The notes under the pieces are model-generated. The model searched no databases. It was not told where the DNA came from and was given only the letters and a program-made list of their open reading frames with translations. Shown piece by piece: positions 9,401-18,758 of a stretch of 26,469 nt of DNA; within the stretch, counting starts at the first letter, position 1; each line of letters begins with the position of its first letter. A program made the translations under genes and the position numbers. The stretch is taken from IMG/VR virus record IMGVR_UViG_3300048592_000249, positions 1-26,469 of that record, one strand, 5' to 3'. The DNA is from a virus. Taxonomy: Duplodnaviria > Caudoviricetes.

Positions 9401-9891
9401 ACTCGCTGCCATTCGTGCTGCGCGAGAAGTACCAGGCGGGAACTCTGACCCCGGGCGACCTGGCCGCTGCGCTGGCCGCGCTCTCCGCGGCGAAGGAGTC
9501 GGCCTACCTCACCGGCTCATCGCAGTTCTCGTCGTTCGCCGCGGTGCCGGACGCCCAGCAGTGGGTCAACACCCTGCAGCAGATCGTCGACTCCCTGCAG
9601 TCGCCCAGCGTGAACCCCGGCACCGGCGCCGGCGCTGGTGGCCTGGGCGGTGGCAATGGCACGTCCAGCGGCACCGTACGAGGCGGGGGCGGCGGTACCA
9701 CGGGGACCTCGGCGGCGGGGTCGGCTGCGGCTACCCCCGTGGCCAGCTCGAGCAGCGGCAGCGCGCGCACCATCAACATCAACCTGAACGGCCAGACCAC
9801 CCGCGTGACCGTGGCCAGCGACACTGATGCTTCCGCCCTGGAGTCGCTGCTGGCACAGATAGGCGCCGCGGCTGCGCGCGCCGGAGCATGA
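6466..9891 (+). CDS. Tail tape measure protein (about 1141 aa)
   Basis: Long Ala-rich helical ORF with the tape-measure motif [35 protein letters not shown]. GTG at 6466 follows GGGAG. Confidence 0.95.
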   Translation: [1141 protein letters not shown]

Positions 9892-9895
9892 GCAC

Positions 9896-10297
9896 ATGGC
9901 CATTACCCTGACCGTCGGCGCGACAACCATCAACCTGCCGGCGGACCTGCTGTGGGCTGACGAGTTCGACTGGCTCCCCGTCGAGCAGACCGAGCGGCGA
10001 ACCATCACCGGGGCGCTGGTGGTGAGCTCGGCTGCCAGGCTGGGCGGGCGGCCGATCACCCTGCAGCCCGAGCGCGACGACTGCGCCTGGTGCGCCCGCT
10101 CGGTGCTAGAGCAGGCGCAGGCCTGGGCGTCGACGCCCGGCCAGGAGTTGACCCTGGTGCTGCGCGGCGTGACGCGCACCGTCATCTGGCGGCACAGCGA
10201 GCGCGCCATCAGCTCCACCCCGATCGTGCACTACGACGACACCGACCCAGGCGACTACTACCTGGCCACCTTCCGATTCCTGGATGTGACCCCATGA
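9896..10297 (+). CDS. Distal tail protein-like virion protein (133 aa)
   Basis: Directly after the tape measure gene; LPADLLWADEFDW...TITGALVV...GRPITL motif. Confidence 0.75.
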   Translation: MAITLTVGATTINLPADLLWADEFDWLPVEQTERRTITGALVVSSAARLGGRPITLQPERDDCAWCARSVLEQAQAWASTPGQELTLVLRGVTRTVIWRHSERAISSTPIVHYDDTDPGDYYLATFRFLDVTP

Positions 10298-13200
10298 CGA
10301 TCCTCGCAGGCGATATCAAGCTGGTGGCAAGCCAGGTGATGTCCGACGTCCCCAGTGGCGGCGGCGCACCTACCCCCACCATCATCGCGGACGCGGTGCA
10401 AAACGCGATCTTCCCGGACATCAGCGAACTCGACCGCGCTGGCGGGCGCGTCAATCTGCGCAAGGTGTTCGCCCACGTGCAGACCGCCAACGTCGACGGG
10501 CTTTTCGGGGCGAACGTGATCGTGGCATCCGGGCCGACTGACCAGAACGTGAGCGTGACGATCTTCTCCACGGGCGATGTCTTCGATCAGCGATCCGACG
10601 CGGCCAACCGCGTCGAGGCATACCTGAACGCCGGCCCCGAAGGCCCGTGGTTCCTCTACGAGAACCACATCACGGGGCAGCGTGCGATCCAACTGATGTG
10701 CCGCACCAATGTCGAGCCGCCTCCCGTCGGGCGCACGCTGCTGCTGCGCAAACGCGAGGGCTACGAGGACCAGACCGAGCAGTACGTGCGCCTCACCCGC
10801 GTGCAGTACGAGGAACGCACCTACAGCTACGCAGTGGGCGCCGAGTACGTCGACTATGTCGCCAAGGTCTGCACGTGCGACATCAGCGACGCACTGCGCT
10901 ACGATTTCCCAGGCACCGCTGCCAATCGGTCGTTCGCGCGCGGATCCGACAAGACCATCACCCGCGACACTGTCGTGGCCGATGCGGCGACCTACTACGG
11001 TGTGACGCCGCTCGACGTGGCGATCACGACGGGCGACGCGGTGGCGATGGTCGAGTCGGTCTACTCGCAGCTCGTTCCCAGCGCGCAGACCGAGACGTCG
11101 ATCCTGGACCAGCGACATTCGACCGCGTACCTGCACACCCTGGCCACCTCCCCGCGTGAGGTGGTGGTGGGCGGCGCCCCGTTCTCGCAGCGTGTGCGGG
11201 TGGGTCAGGAAAACCGAGGGTACAACTACGTCACCATCGTGTCGCCGCTTCCTGCGCCCGGCAGCGTGCGGGTGACGTTCCGTGCCCTGGGCAACAACTA
11301 CTCCCTGTCCGACGACGGCCTGGGCAACCTCACCGGCAGCGGCAGCGGCACCGTCAACTACCTCACGGGCAGCATCAGCGTCACGCTCGAGGCATTGCCA
11401 GACGACAGGTCGGCCGTGATGTTCTATTGGGGCCCGAAGACCGCCTACACCGACCGCTCGGGCGCCACCGGCTACCGCATGCCCGAGTTCGTGTTTGATC
11501 TGGCGCACACGGGCGTGACCCCCGGCAGCGTGTCGATCACGTGGACATCGGGCGGGGTGGGCAAGACCGCGACCGCGAACAGTCAGGGCGTTCTCTCAGG
11601 CGACGCCACCGGCAACGTCGTGCACATGACCGGCCTCGTGCATCTGCGGCCAACGGCCATGATCGACCCGGGCGGCCAGTTCCAGATCGACTACACGTGG
11701 GCGACCGTGGTCGAAGAGGCGAAGACCGGCCTCACGCCTGACGGCACCGGCACCGTGGCGTTCACGACGGTGAGCGAGCCGACGCCCGGCACGCTGGAGG
11801 TGCAGTGGATGGTCGCGCGCGAGACGTCCGAGTCATCGGGCGTCACGTCGTCACGCGGCAATGCGACCAAGGCCAGCGGATCCGCGACGTCGGTCGCGAT
11901 GGTCGACACGACAAAAACCTACCCGACGTGGACCAGCGACGTGTCGGCTGCGTACTCCGCGCCGGTCGAAGAGGTGACGGTGCAGAACCTGCACCCGGGC
12001 GCACCGACGTACCAGTATTTCGCGGACGGCGCTTACGTCGTTACCACTCGGTCGCCGGTCGTGTCGACGAGTTCGTTCTCGTCGAGCGACTCGTCGATGT
12101 ACTCCGAGACGTCGTCGCAGTCGAGCAAGGCCAGCGTCACGGTCGCCAAGTTGGTGACTGACGACGGCGCGGGCGCTTTCTTCGGGGCGCTGGGCACCGC
12201 GAACTACGTCGGCAAGTCCTACACCCTCAAAGTGCAGGGCGATTGGACGGAGACGGCGTTCTCGAGCAACTTCGAGGACGCCGGCACGTTCGAGTCGCTG
12301 AACGCCACGAGCGAGCCGACGGCCACGGTGGGCGGCGGCACGCCCCCGACGACAACCGAGGGCGGCGGCGGCAGTACCTCGGCAAAAGGCGGGTCTTTCG
12401 GGTCGGAGGCGCAGAAAGAGGTTTTCGGGACGAACAGTCTGGTGGTGCGCTACAAGACCGGCTCACCGACCCCGACGGCGCATAGCGAGAACTACACGCC
12501 CCCCGGCGTGACCATCGACCTGTGCCCCTACACGACGGACATCATCGTCCCCGGCAGCGTGAAATTCACGTGGATGGGCACGGTCTACGAGGACTATGAG
12601 GGCATCCTCTACCGCGGTCGCACCGTCGGGGATCCCGGCATCGTGTCGGGGGTGGTCAACTACACCTCGGGCGTGGCGGGCATGAGCGACTACGTGGTCA
12701 GCGGCTCGCCGACATCACTCACGGTGCAATCCCTGTGGACGCGCAAGGCGCGCGAGCACATCGCCAATGTGACGTTCTCGACGTCGCTGGCGCCAATCAA
12801 GCCCACTGGGCTCACCGTGAGCGTGCTGGACGTCGAGGGAGTGCAGTTGTTGTCGACGGCGAACCTCGCCGGCGAAGTGACTGGCCCGCACACGCACGGG
12901 AAAATCGACTATGAGTCGGGCCTGGTCGAGATGCAGTTCGGCGACTACGTGCTCGACTCGGGGCTGACCGCCGAGGAGAAGGCTCAATGGTGGTACGACG
13001 CCGACAACGTGCGGACGGGCGACGGCAAGATTTGGCGCCCGTGGCCGGTCGACCCCGAGACCCTGCGGTACTCTGCGGTGGCCTACTTCTACCTGCCGCT
13101 GGACGCGTCGATCCTGGGCTTGGACCCGGTTCGCCTGCCGCAGGATGGCCGCGTGCCGATCTTCCGGCCAGGCGGGTTCGCGGTTGTCGGCCACACCGAC

Positions 13201-13959
13201 ACGGTCGCGCCGGCCACCGTCACGAACGCCCAGGTGGTGAGCTGCGGCCGAGTGCGGCTGTCACGGGTGCGGGTGATCGGCAACGACGGGTTGGTCATCA
13301 ACACCGGGTACACGACAGACCTCGATGCAGGCACTGTCACGTTCGTCGACGTGTCGGGCTACTCGCAACCCGTGACGGTCGAGCACCGCATCGAGGATAT
13401 GGCGATGGTCGCCGAGGTGCAAATCAATGGCCGGCTGTCGTTCACGCGGCAGATCAGCCATGACTACCCGGTCCCCGGCAGCATGGTATCGAGCGCGATG
13501 GTCGTCGGGGACATGGAAACCTACGTGCCGACCATGTTCGACCAGACGACGTGGACGTCGGTCTGGTCGGATGCGCAGATCGGCGGGGCCGCCACCGGCA
13601 CGTTCAACGCCATTTCGTACCCGATCGATCTGACGAACACCGGCACGGTGACCGAGCGGTGGCTGATCCAGTTCACGAACACGACCACGTTCCAGGTGAT
13701 CGGCGAGCACGTGGGCGTGATCGCCACGGGGAACACCAGCACTGACTGCGAGCCGACGAACCCCGCGACGGGCACGCCGTATTTCTCCATTCCAGCGCTG
13801 GGCTGGGGCGGCGGCTGGAGCATCGGGAATTGCCTGCGCTTCAACACCGTCGGCACGATCGCGCCGGTGTGGGTGGCCCGGACGATCCAGCAGGGTCCCG
13901 AGACCGTAGACCAGGACGAGTTCACGCTGCTCATTCGCGGCGACGTCGATCACCCATAA
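10294..13959 (+). CDS. Large tail-tip/virion structural protein (1221 aa)
   Basis: ATGA overlap with the upstream gene; N-terminus MTILAGDIKL...FPDISELDRAGGRVNLRKVF; repeated G.VNY.TG beta motifs. Confidence 0.85.
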   Translation: MTILAGDIKLVASQVMSDVPSGGGAPTPTIIADAVQNAIFPDISELDRAGGRVNLRKVFAHVQTANVDGLFGANVIVASGPTDQNVSVTIFSTGDVFDQRSDAANRVEAYLNAGPEGPWFLYENHITGQRAIQLMCRTNVEPPPVGRTLLLRKREGYEDQTEQYVRLTRVQYEERTYSYAVGAEYVDYVAKVCTCDISDALRYDFPGTAANRSFARGSDKTITRDTVVADAATYYGVTPLDVAITTGDAVAMVESVYSQLVPSAQTETSILDQRHSTAYLHTLATSPREVVVGGAPFSQRVRVGQENRGYNYVTIVSPLPAPGSVRVTFRALGNNYSLSDDGLGNLTGSGSGTVNYLTGSISVTLEALPDDRSAVMFYWGPKTAYTDRSGATGYRMPEFVFDLAHTGVTPGSVSITWTSGGVGKTATANSQGVLSGDATGNVVHMTGLVHLRPTAMIDPGGQFQIDYTWATVVEEAKTGLTPDGTGTVAFTTVSEPTPGTLEVQWMVARETSESSGVTSSRGNATKASGSATSVAMVDTTKTYPTWTSDVSAAYSAPVEEVTVQNLHPGAPTYQYFADGAYVVTTRSPVVSTSSFSSSDSSMYSETSSQSSKASVTVAKLVTDDGAGAFFGALGTANYVGKSYTLKVQGDWTETAFSSNFEDAGTFESLNATSEPTATVGGGTPPTTTEGGGGSTSAKGGSFGSEAQKEVFGTNSLVVRYKTGSPTPTAHSENYTPPGVTIDLCPYTTDIIVPGSVKFTWMGTVYEDYEGILYRGRTVGDPGIVSGVVNYTSGVAGMSDYVVSGSPTSLTVQSLWTRKAREHIANVTFSTSLAPIKPTGLTVSVLDVEGVQLLSTANLAGEVTGPHTHGKIDYESGLVEMQFGDYVLDSGLTAEEKAQWWYDADNVRTGDGKIWRPWPVDPETLRYSAVAYFYLPLDASILGLDPVRLPQDGRVPIFRPGGFAVVGHTDTVAPATVTNAQVVSCGRVRLSRVRVIGNDGLVINTGYTTDLDAGTVTFVDVSGYSQPVTVEHRIEDMAMVAEVQINGRLSFTRQISHDYPVPGSMVSSAMVVGDMETYVPTMFDQTTWTSVWSDAQIGGAATGTFNAISYPIDLTNTGTVTERWLIQFTNTTTFQVIGEHVGVIATGNTSTDCEPTNPATGTPYFSIPALGWGGGWSIGNCLRFNTVGTIAPVWVARTIQQGPETVDQDEFTLLIRGDVDHP

Positions 13960-13971
13960 CCCGAGGGCAAC

Positions 13972-15135
13972 ATGAGCGCAACCTCCGTCAAGTTCTACCA
14001 CTCACAGATGACCGGGGCCGCGGTGCTGACCGGGCAGGCCGGCAAACTCATCGACGTGCTGGACGCCGTGCTGGTCAATGGCTGGGGGCTGGCGACCGTT
14101 GACTCGGTCGTCATCGCGTCCGGGGTGGCCACCGTCACGCGTGCGGGCGGGCACCCGTTCGAGGTGGCGGGCGTGGCGTTGATCGCCGACGCAACCGTCA
14201 CTGGCGGCACCATCAATGGCGAACACCGCGTGCTGTCGACCACGGCCACGACGTACACGTTTGACGCCACTGGGCTTGCGGATCAGACCGCAACGGGGAC
14301 GATCACGCACAAGGTGCCGCCGCTGGGCTGGGTGAAGGCGTACAGCGGGACGAACCTTGCGGCGTACAAGAGCGGCGATCCGGCGTCAACGCTGTGCTTG
14401 ATGCGCGTGGATGACACCGGCACCAGCAACGCTCGCGTCGTCGGATACGAGACGATGTCGGACGTGAACACCGGCACCGGGCCGTTCCCGACCGCGGCCC
14501 AGGTGTCGGGCGGTACGTACTGGCCGAAGTCCTACACCACTGATGCCACGGCCCGCTACTGGCAGATTGTGGGCGACGAGCGCACGTTCTACATGCAGAC
14601 CGTGCACAGCGGCTCAAACAATGCTTGCGTGTCGGCGTTCGGGGACATTCTGAGCCGCAAGGCGAGCGATGCGTACGCGTGCACGCTTCAGGCACCGGGA
14701 TCAAACATCGTAAGCTCCGCCCCGTCGGGGGCGTCGTGCATCTACGCTGGCAACTCGTCGGGATCGCAGTGGGTGCCACGGCAGGCCAGCAACATCGGGT
14801 CATCTGCGGCGGTCTATCGGTTCCCCGTGTCGCCGACCGCTCCGCAGTCGGCAATGAGTGGGAGTTCGGCGTGGTCCATGGCGTACCCCGACCCCGTGAA
14901 CAACGCACTGCTGGTCGCCCCCGTGTCAGTCGGGGAGGGCGCGTCCGGGGTGAACTGGCGGGGCACCTTGCCCGGCCTATGGTACGTGCCGCAAAACGTC
15001 GTGAGCGCGGCAGTGTTCGCAAAGCGCGACAGCGTGACTGGCGTCACCGGGCTGACCGGCCGCACGCTCAAGGCCTTCGTCGACTCAGGGTCTAGCGCGG
15101 TTGCCCTGTTCGACGTGACCGGCCCCTGGAGGTAG
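13972..15135 (+). CDS. Tail-associated, possibly receptor-binding protein (387 aa)
   Basis: GAGGG RBS; Thr/Gly/Ser-rich beta protein inside the tail module. Confidence 0.75.
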   Translation: MSATSVKFYHSQMTGAAVLTGQAGKLIDVLDAVLVNGWGLATVDSVVIASGVATVTRAGGHPFEVAGVALIADATVTGGTINGEHRVLSTTATTYTFDATGLADQTATGTITHKVPPLGWVKAYSGTNLAAYKSGDPASTLCLMRVDDTGTSNARVVGYETMSDVNTGTGPFPTAAQVSGGTYWPKSYTTDATARYWQIVGDERTFYMQTVHSGSNNACVSAFGDILSRKASDAYACTLQAPGSNIVSSAPSGASCIYAGNSSGSQWVPRQASNIGSSAAVYRFPVSPTAPQSAMSGSSAWSMAYPDPVNNALLVAPVSVGEGASGVNWRGTLPGLWYVPQNVVSAAVFAKRDSVTGVTGLTGRTLKAFVDSGSSAVALFDVTGPWR

Positions 15136-15140
15136 GGTAG

Positions 15141-15509
15141 ATGGCGCAGACCCACACAGCCGCCAACGTGGTCGATCCGCTGCCGATCGCGGTGGTGTCG
15201 CCGGGCGTCACGCTGACGAAGACCGTGGTTTCCGGCCCCGTCGAGCCGTGGCGCTTTCATTGTGGACTCGGGCGCATCGACGGCACCGTCAAGGTCGACT
15301 CGTCGCCAGACTACCCGGTGCACCGCAAGGTGCGGTGCTTCCGCGACCGAGACGCGGTGTGCGTGGGTGAGACGTGGAGCGACCCAGTCACGGGGGCTTA
15401 TTCGTTCGAGTACGTCGACCCGGCGGAGCGCTACACCGTGCTGGCCTACGACTACACGGGGGCTTACCGCGCCGTGGTCGCCGACAACCTCACCCCGGAC
15501 CCGATGTAA
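15141..15509 (+). CDS. Small tail-associated beta-sandwich protein (122 aa)
   Basis: GRIDGTVK...ETWSDPVTGAYSFEYV...YTVLAYD...AVVADNLTP pattern. Confidence 0.75.
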   Translation: MAQTHTAANVVDPLPIAVVSPGVTLTKTVVSGPVEPWRFHCGLGRIDGTVKVDSSPDYPVHRKVRCFRDRDAVCVGETWSDPVTGAYSFEYVDPAERYTVLAYDYTGAYRAVVADNLTPDPM

Positions 15510-15907
15510 TGGCGCAAGTCGACATTTCTACCGCGCATAACGAGTGGCGTCTCCAGGGGTCGCTCGATTTCATCGACGACGGCCCGTCTGCCGGGCGCAT
15601 CGAGGTGTACGACGGGATCAAGCCGCCGCCAGGCGACGCGGTCACCACGCAGGTCAAGCTGTTTGAGTTCGTGCTGACGTCGCCCCCGGGCAGCGTCATG
15701 TCAGGCACTGCAGACGTGACTGCCGCGGGCGTGGCGATGGTGCTCGCCACCGGCGCGCCCACGTGGTCGCGTTGGATCAATGGGAGCGGCGCATGGGTGC
15801 AGGACACCGATGCCGGCGGCCCGGCCAGCAGCGCGGCGGTCAAGGTGTCGGCGGCCACAGTCTACGCGGGCGGCGAGGTGTCGCTCACCTCCGCTGTGAT
15901 GGGGTGA
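15509..15907 (+). CDS. Virion structural protein (132 aa)
   Basis: TAATG overlap with the upstream stop; IEVYDGIKP...ATGAPTWSRW motif. Confidence 0.75.
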   Translation: MAQVDISTAHNEWRLQGSLDFIDDGPSAGRIEVYDGIKPPPGDAVTTQVKLFEFVLTSPPGSVMSGTADVTAAGVAMVLATGAPTWSRWINGSGAWVQDTDAGGPASSAAVKVSAATVYAGGEVSLTSAVMG

Positions 15908-15910
15908 TGG

Positions 15911-17803
15911 GTGCCGACCGTCGCGCTGCTGTTCGTCGAGGGGCCGGCCAGCGGCCCGCCGGTCGACCTGCTGTTCGGGGCTGCGCCGGGTGGCTCGACG
16001 GACGCCACTGCGACGATCGAACTCACGCTGCCGCCGCCGACGCTCGCCGCGTGGGTGGCCGAGCACTGGACGGCCACAGTCAGCGGCGTGGCGCTGCCGG
16101 GGCCGACAGTGACGTCGGCCGTGTACTACGCGAGCCGCACCGACCGCCCCACCGTGGCCGCGACGCATGGGCAGTGGGGCGAGGCCGACGCGCGCGTGAC
16201 TGGATCGGCCTCGTGGCATCGCCTGGGCGTTGCGTTGCGCACCGGTGCTGCTGCCGCCTACGGGCCGGCGTTTGGGGTGCGTGCCGCGCTGGCTGGCAGT
16301 TGGGGCGACGGCGATCGGGTGCGCCAGCAGCGCACGGGCAGCTACCGCGAGGCCCAGCAGGTGCAGGCAGGGCAGCGGCAGGCGCCATGGCGCGCGATGC
16401 TTCGAGACCGGCGGCCCAGCCTGGCGGCCCCGTGGGGACCGGCCGACGCGCGGCGCGTCTCGCGGTCGACGGACTGGCAGGAGCGCTACCGTGACCGCCG
16501 GCCCGCGATCCGCTCCCCGTGGGGCCCGGCAGATGCGCTGCGCCGCGGCACGACCGGATCCACCGGTACGGCGCTACCCGTGCGCCGGCCGCTCGATGTG
16601 GAGTGGCGCGAGGCGATCCGCCCGCCCGCGGGCATGTGGATCCCTCCCGTCGTGCCGCCCGGCGGCGGGTGCTACACGCCCGACGCCGATCTGCTGTTCC
16701 GCGCCGCGTGGTCGCTCGACACGGCGCTGCTGTTCACGTGCCGCGGTGAGGGTGGGGGCGGCGACCCACCGGTCGCGACCGTTGTTGTCCCGGTTCGAAG
16801 GGTGTACTACGTGATCAACACCGTTACGCTCGCGCGCGTCGATACAGGAGCGCCGATCCGAGCCGAAAACCTGCGCCTGTCCCTCGATGCAGATTCCTGG
16901 GCCTGGGGATGGTCTGCGTCGATCCATGCGGCCGACCAGTCGCTGGTCATGCCTGGCGTCGGGGGCGATCCGGCGCTGCTGGTGGCCACGATCAACGGCA
17001 CGGCCATCCGGCTGCTGGCCGAAAAAATCGCTCGAGATCGCACGTTCGGGGCCACTACATTGCGCGTGTCAGGGCGCGGCAAGACCGCGCTGCTCGATTC
17101 GCCGTATGCCCCGGTGCTGCAGTTCGACAATGCGGCGCTGGCCCGCACCGCCGAGCAGCTCATGAACGACGCGCTGATGATCAACGGCGTTCCCATTGGC
17201 TGGTCGGTCTCGTCGTCTCTGACCGATTGGCTGGTGCCCGCCGGAGTCTGGTCGCACCAGGGGTCGCACATCTCGGCCGTGGTGTCCATCGCGTCGGCGG
17301 CCGGCGGCTATGTCCAGCCGCACGACACCGACGATGCCCTCATCGTGCGCCACCGCTACCCAAGCGCTCCGTGGGACTGGGGCGCGCTTACCCCGGACTA
17401 CGAGATCCCGGCCGATGTGGCCACGGTCGAGGGCATCGAGTGGGCGGACAAGGCCGAATACAACCGCGTGTTCGTCGCCGGCCAGGCTTCGGGCGTGCTG
17501 GGGCAGGTGACCCGCGGCGGGACTGCGGGCGATGTCATCGCCCCAATGGTGACCGACCCCCTGATCACGCATGCCGATGCGGCTCGCCAGCGAGGTCGCG
17601 CAATCTTGTCGGACACCGGCCGCCAGGCGCTCGTGCAGCTGCGCATGCCAGTGCTCACTGCAACCGGAATCATCCGCCCTGGCGCACTGGTGCGCTACAC
17701 CGAGGGCGCAACCAGTCGGCTCGGGCTGGTGCGCGGCGTGAGCGTCGAGCACCAATGGCCCGAACTCTGGCAAACCATCGCGGTGACGACCCATGGCGAC
17801 TAA
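15911..17803 (+). CDS. Tail protein with hub-like C-terminal domain (630 aa)
   Basis: In-operon GTG start. Trp-periodic N-terminal half; C-terminal LSLDADSWAW...YNRVFVAG...DPLITHADAARQRGRAIL. Confidence 0.8.
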   Translation: MPTVALLFVEGPASGPPVDLLFGAAPGGSTDATATIELTLPPPTLAAWVAEHWTATVSGVALPGPTVTSAVYYASRTDRPTVAATHGQWGEADARVTGSASWHRLGVALRTGAAAAYGPAFGVRAALAGSWGDGDRVRQQRTGSYREAQQVQAGQRQAPWRAMLRDRRPSLAAPWGPADARRVSRSTDWQERYRDRRPAIRSPWGPADALRRGTTGSTGTALPVRRPLDVEWREAIRPPAGMWIPPVVPPGGGCYTPDADLLFRAAWSLDTALLFTCRGEGGGGDPPVATVVVPVRRVYYVINTVTLARVDTGAPIRAENLRLSLDADSWAWGWSASIHAADQSLVMPGVGGDPALLVATINGTAIRLLAEKIARDRTFGATTLRVSGRGKTALLDSPYAPVLQFDNAALARTAEQLMNDALMINGVPIGWSVSSSLTDWLVPAGVWSHQGSHISAVVSIASAAGGYVQPHDTDDALIVRHRYPSAPWDWGALTPDYEIPADVATVEGIEWADKAEYNRVFVAGQASGVLGQVTRGGTAGDVIAPMVTDPLITHADAARQRGRAILSDTGRQALVQLRMPVLTATGIIRPGALVRYTEGATSRLGLVRGVSVEHQWPELWQTIAVTTHGD

Positions 17804-18017
17804 CCTCTATGTGCAGTTCCGGCGACTGCTGCCCACGTATCCACTGCAGGCGGCCGAGGTGATCTCAACTGCGGGCGGCCAGGCGGTGGTCGAACTGCCT
17901 GGAGGCGGGCAGATGACCGTGCGCGGTACCGGATCCATCGGCGCCATGGTCTACGTGCGCGACGGCCTAATCGAGGGGCCCGCGCCGACGCTCCCGGTCG
18001 AGTTGATCGACGTCTGA
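17793..18017 (+). CDS. Small tail-tip protein (74 aa)
   Basis: Overlaps the upstream gene; NLYVQFRRLLP...VYVRDGLIEGPAP. Confidence 0.75.
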   Translation: MATNLYVQFRRLLPTYPLQAAEVISTAGGQAVVELPGGGQMTVRGTGSIGAMVYVRDGLIEGPAPTLPVELIDV

Positions 18018-18035
18018 CCCCATGCGACACATTAG

Positions 18036-18066
18036 TTGCCCTGGCGCGCTGTTCGCGCGCTAGGAT
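18036..18066 (+). promoter_or_regulatory. Candidate promoter upstream of the lysis cassette
   Basis: TTGCCC-N19-TAGGAT in the 100-bp gap before the first lysis gene. The spacer is longer than optimal. Confidence 0.25.
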
Positions 18067-18118
18067 TCCTGCGCGCGCGCGAGGCGCGCGAGCGACACCA
18101 CGACAAGGAGACTGCCCG

Positions 18119-18436
18119 ATGCCAATCGAGTTCGACCCCGAGCGCGCCATGCGCAGCCCGTGGGCCGCGGGCGCGCTTGGCAGCGTCGTGGCCCTGAAGT
18201 TCGCCCCGGGCATGACCTGGGGCGAGCGGGCGTTCAACGTGTTGTGCGGGGCGCTATCGGCCGGGTTTGTGGCGCCGCCGCTGTGCGAATACCTGCATCT
18301 GACCAGCGCCATGGCGCAGTCGGGCGCCGCGTTCCTCGTCGGGCTGTTCGGGCTGAGCCTGGCGGCGGCGCTGGTCGAGGCCGTGCGCGTCGTGGGGTGG
18401 GGGGACGTGATCCGTGGCTGGATTTCGCGGAGGTGA
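18119..18436 (+). CDS. Putative holin (105 aa, about 3 TM segments)
   Basis: AAGGAG RBS; hydrophobic segments; basic C-terminus; first gene of the lysis module. Confidence 0.7.
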   Translation: MPIEFDPERAMRSPWAAGALGSVVALKFAPGMTWGERAFNVLCGALSAGFVAPPLCEYLHLTSAMAQSGAAFLVGLFGLSLAAALVEAVRVVGWGDVIRGWISRR

Positions 18437-18440
18437 TGTC

Positions 18441-18758
18441 GTGGCTGTCGTGTCTACCATCAACGTCGTCGCCTGCCTGGCCATCGCCTGCGCGATCACG
18501 TGGGCCGTCATGTCCTCGTCAGTGCAGGACGGCCTCGTCATCAAACTGGGGCTGATCTGCTGCGCTTTGGGCTTCGTCGGCACCGCGGCATCGATCGCAG
18601 ACGATCGCATGTGGGCGCTCAACAATGCGTTGTTGCTCATCCACGGTGGCGCAATCGTGGTGGCCGGCGGGTACTGGCTGCGGCAGCGCAAGCGAGCGCG
18701 ACTGCACCGGCGACGTAAGTCGGACCGTTCACACTTGCGTAGCGTGGGTGCCGCGTGA
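18441..18758 (+). CDS. Second lysis-module membrane protein (holin/antiholin-like, 105 aa)
   Basis: GGAGGT RBS before GTG at 18441; three hydrophobic helices and a strongly basic tail; stop overlaps the endolysin start. Confidence 0.7.
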   Translation: MAVVSTINVVACLAIACAITWAVMSSSVQDGLVIKLGLICCALGFVGTAASIADDRMWALNNALLLIHGGAIVVAGGYWLRQRKRARLHRRRKSDRSHLRSVGAA

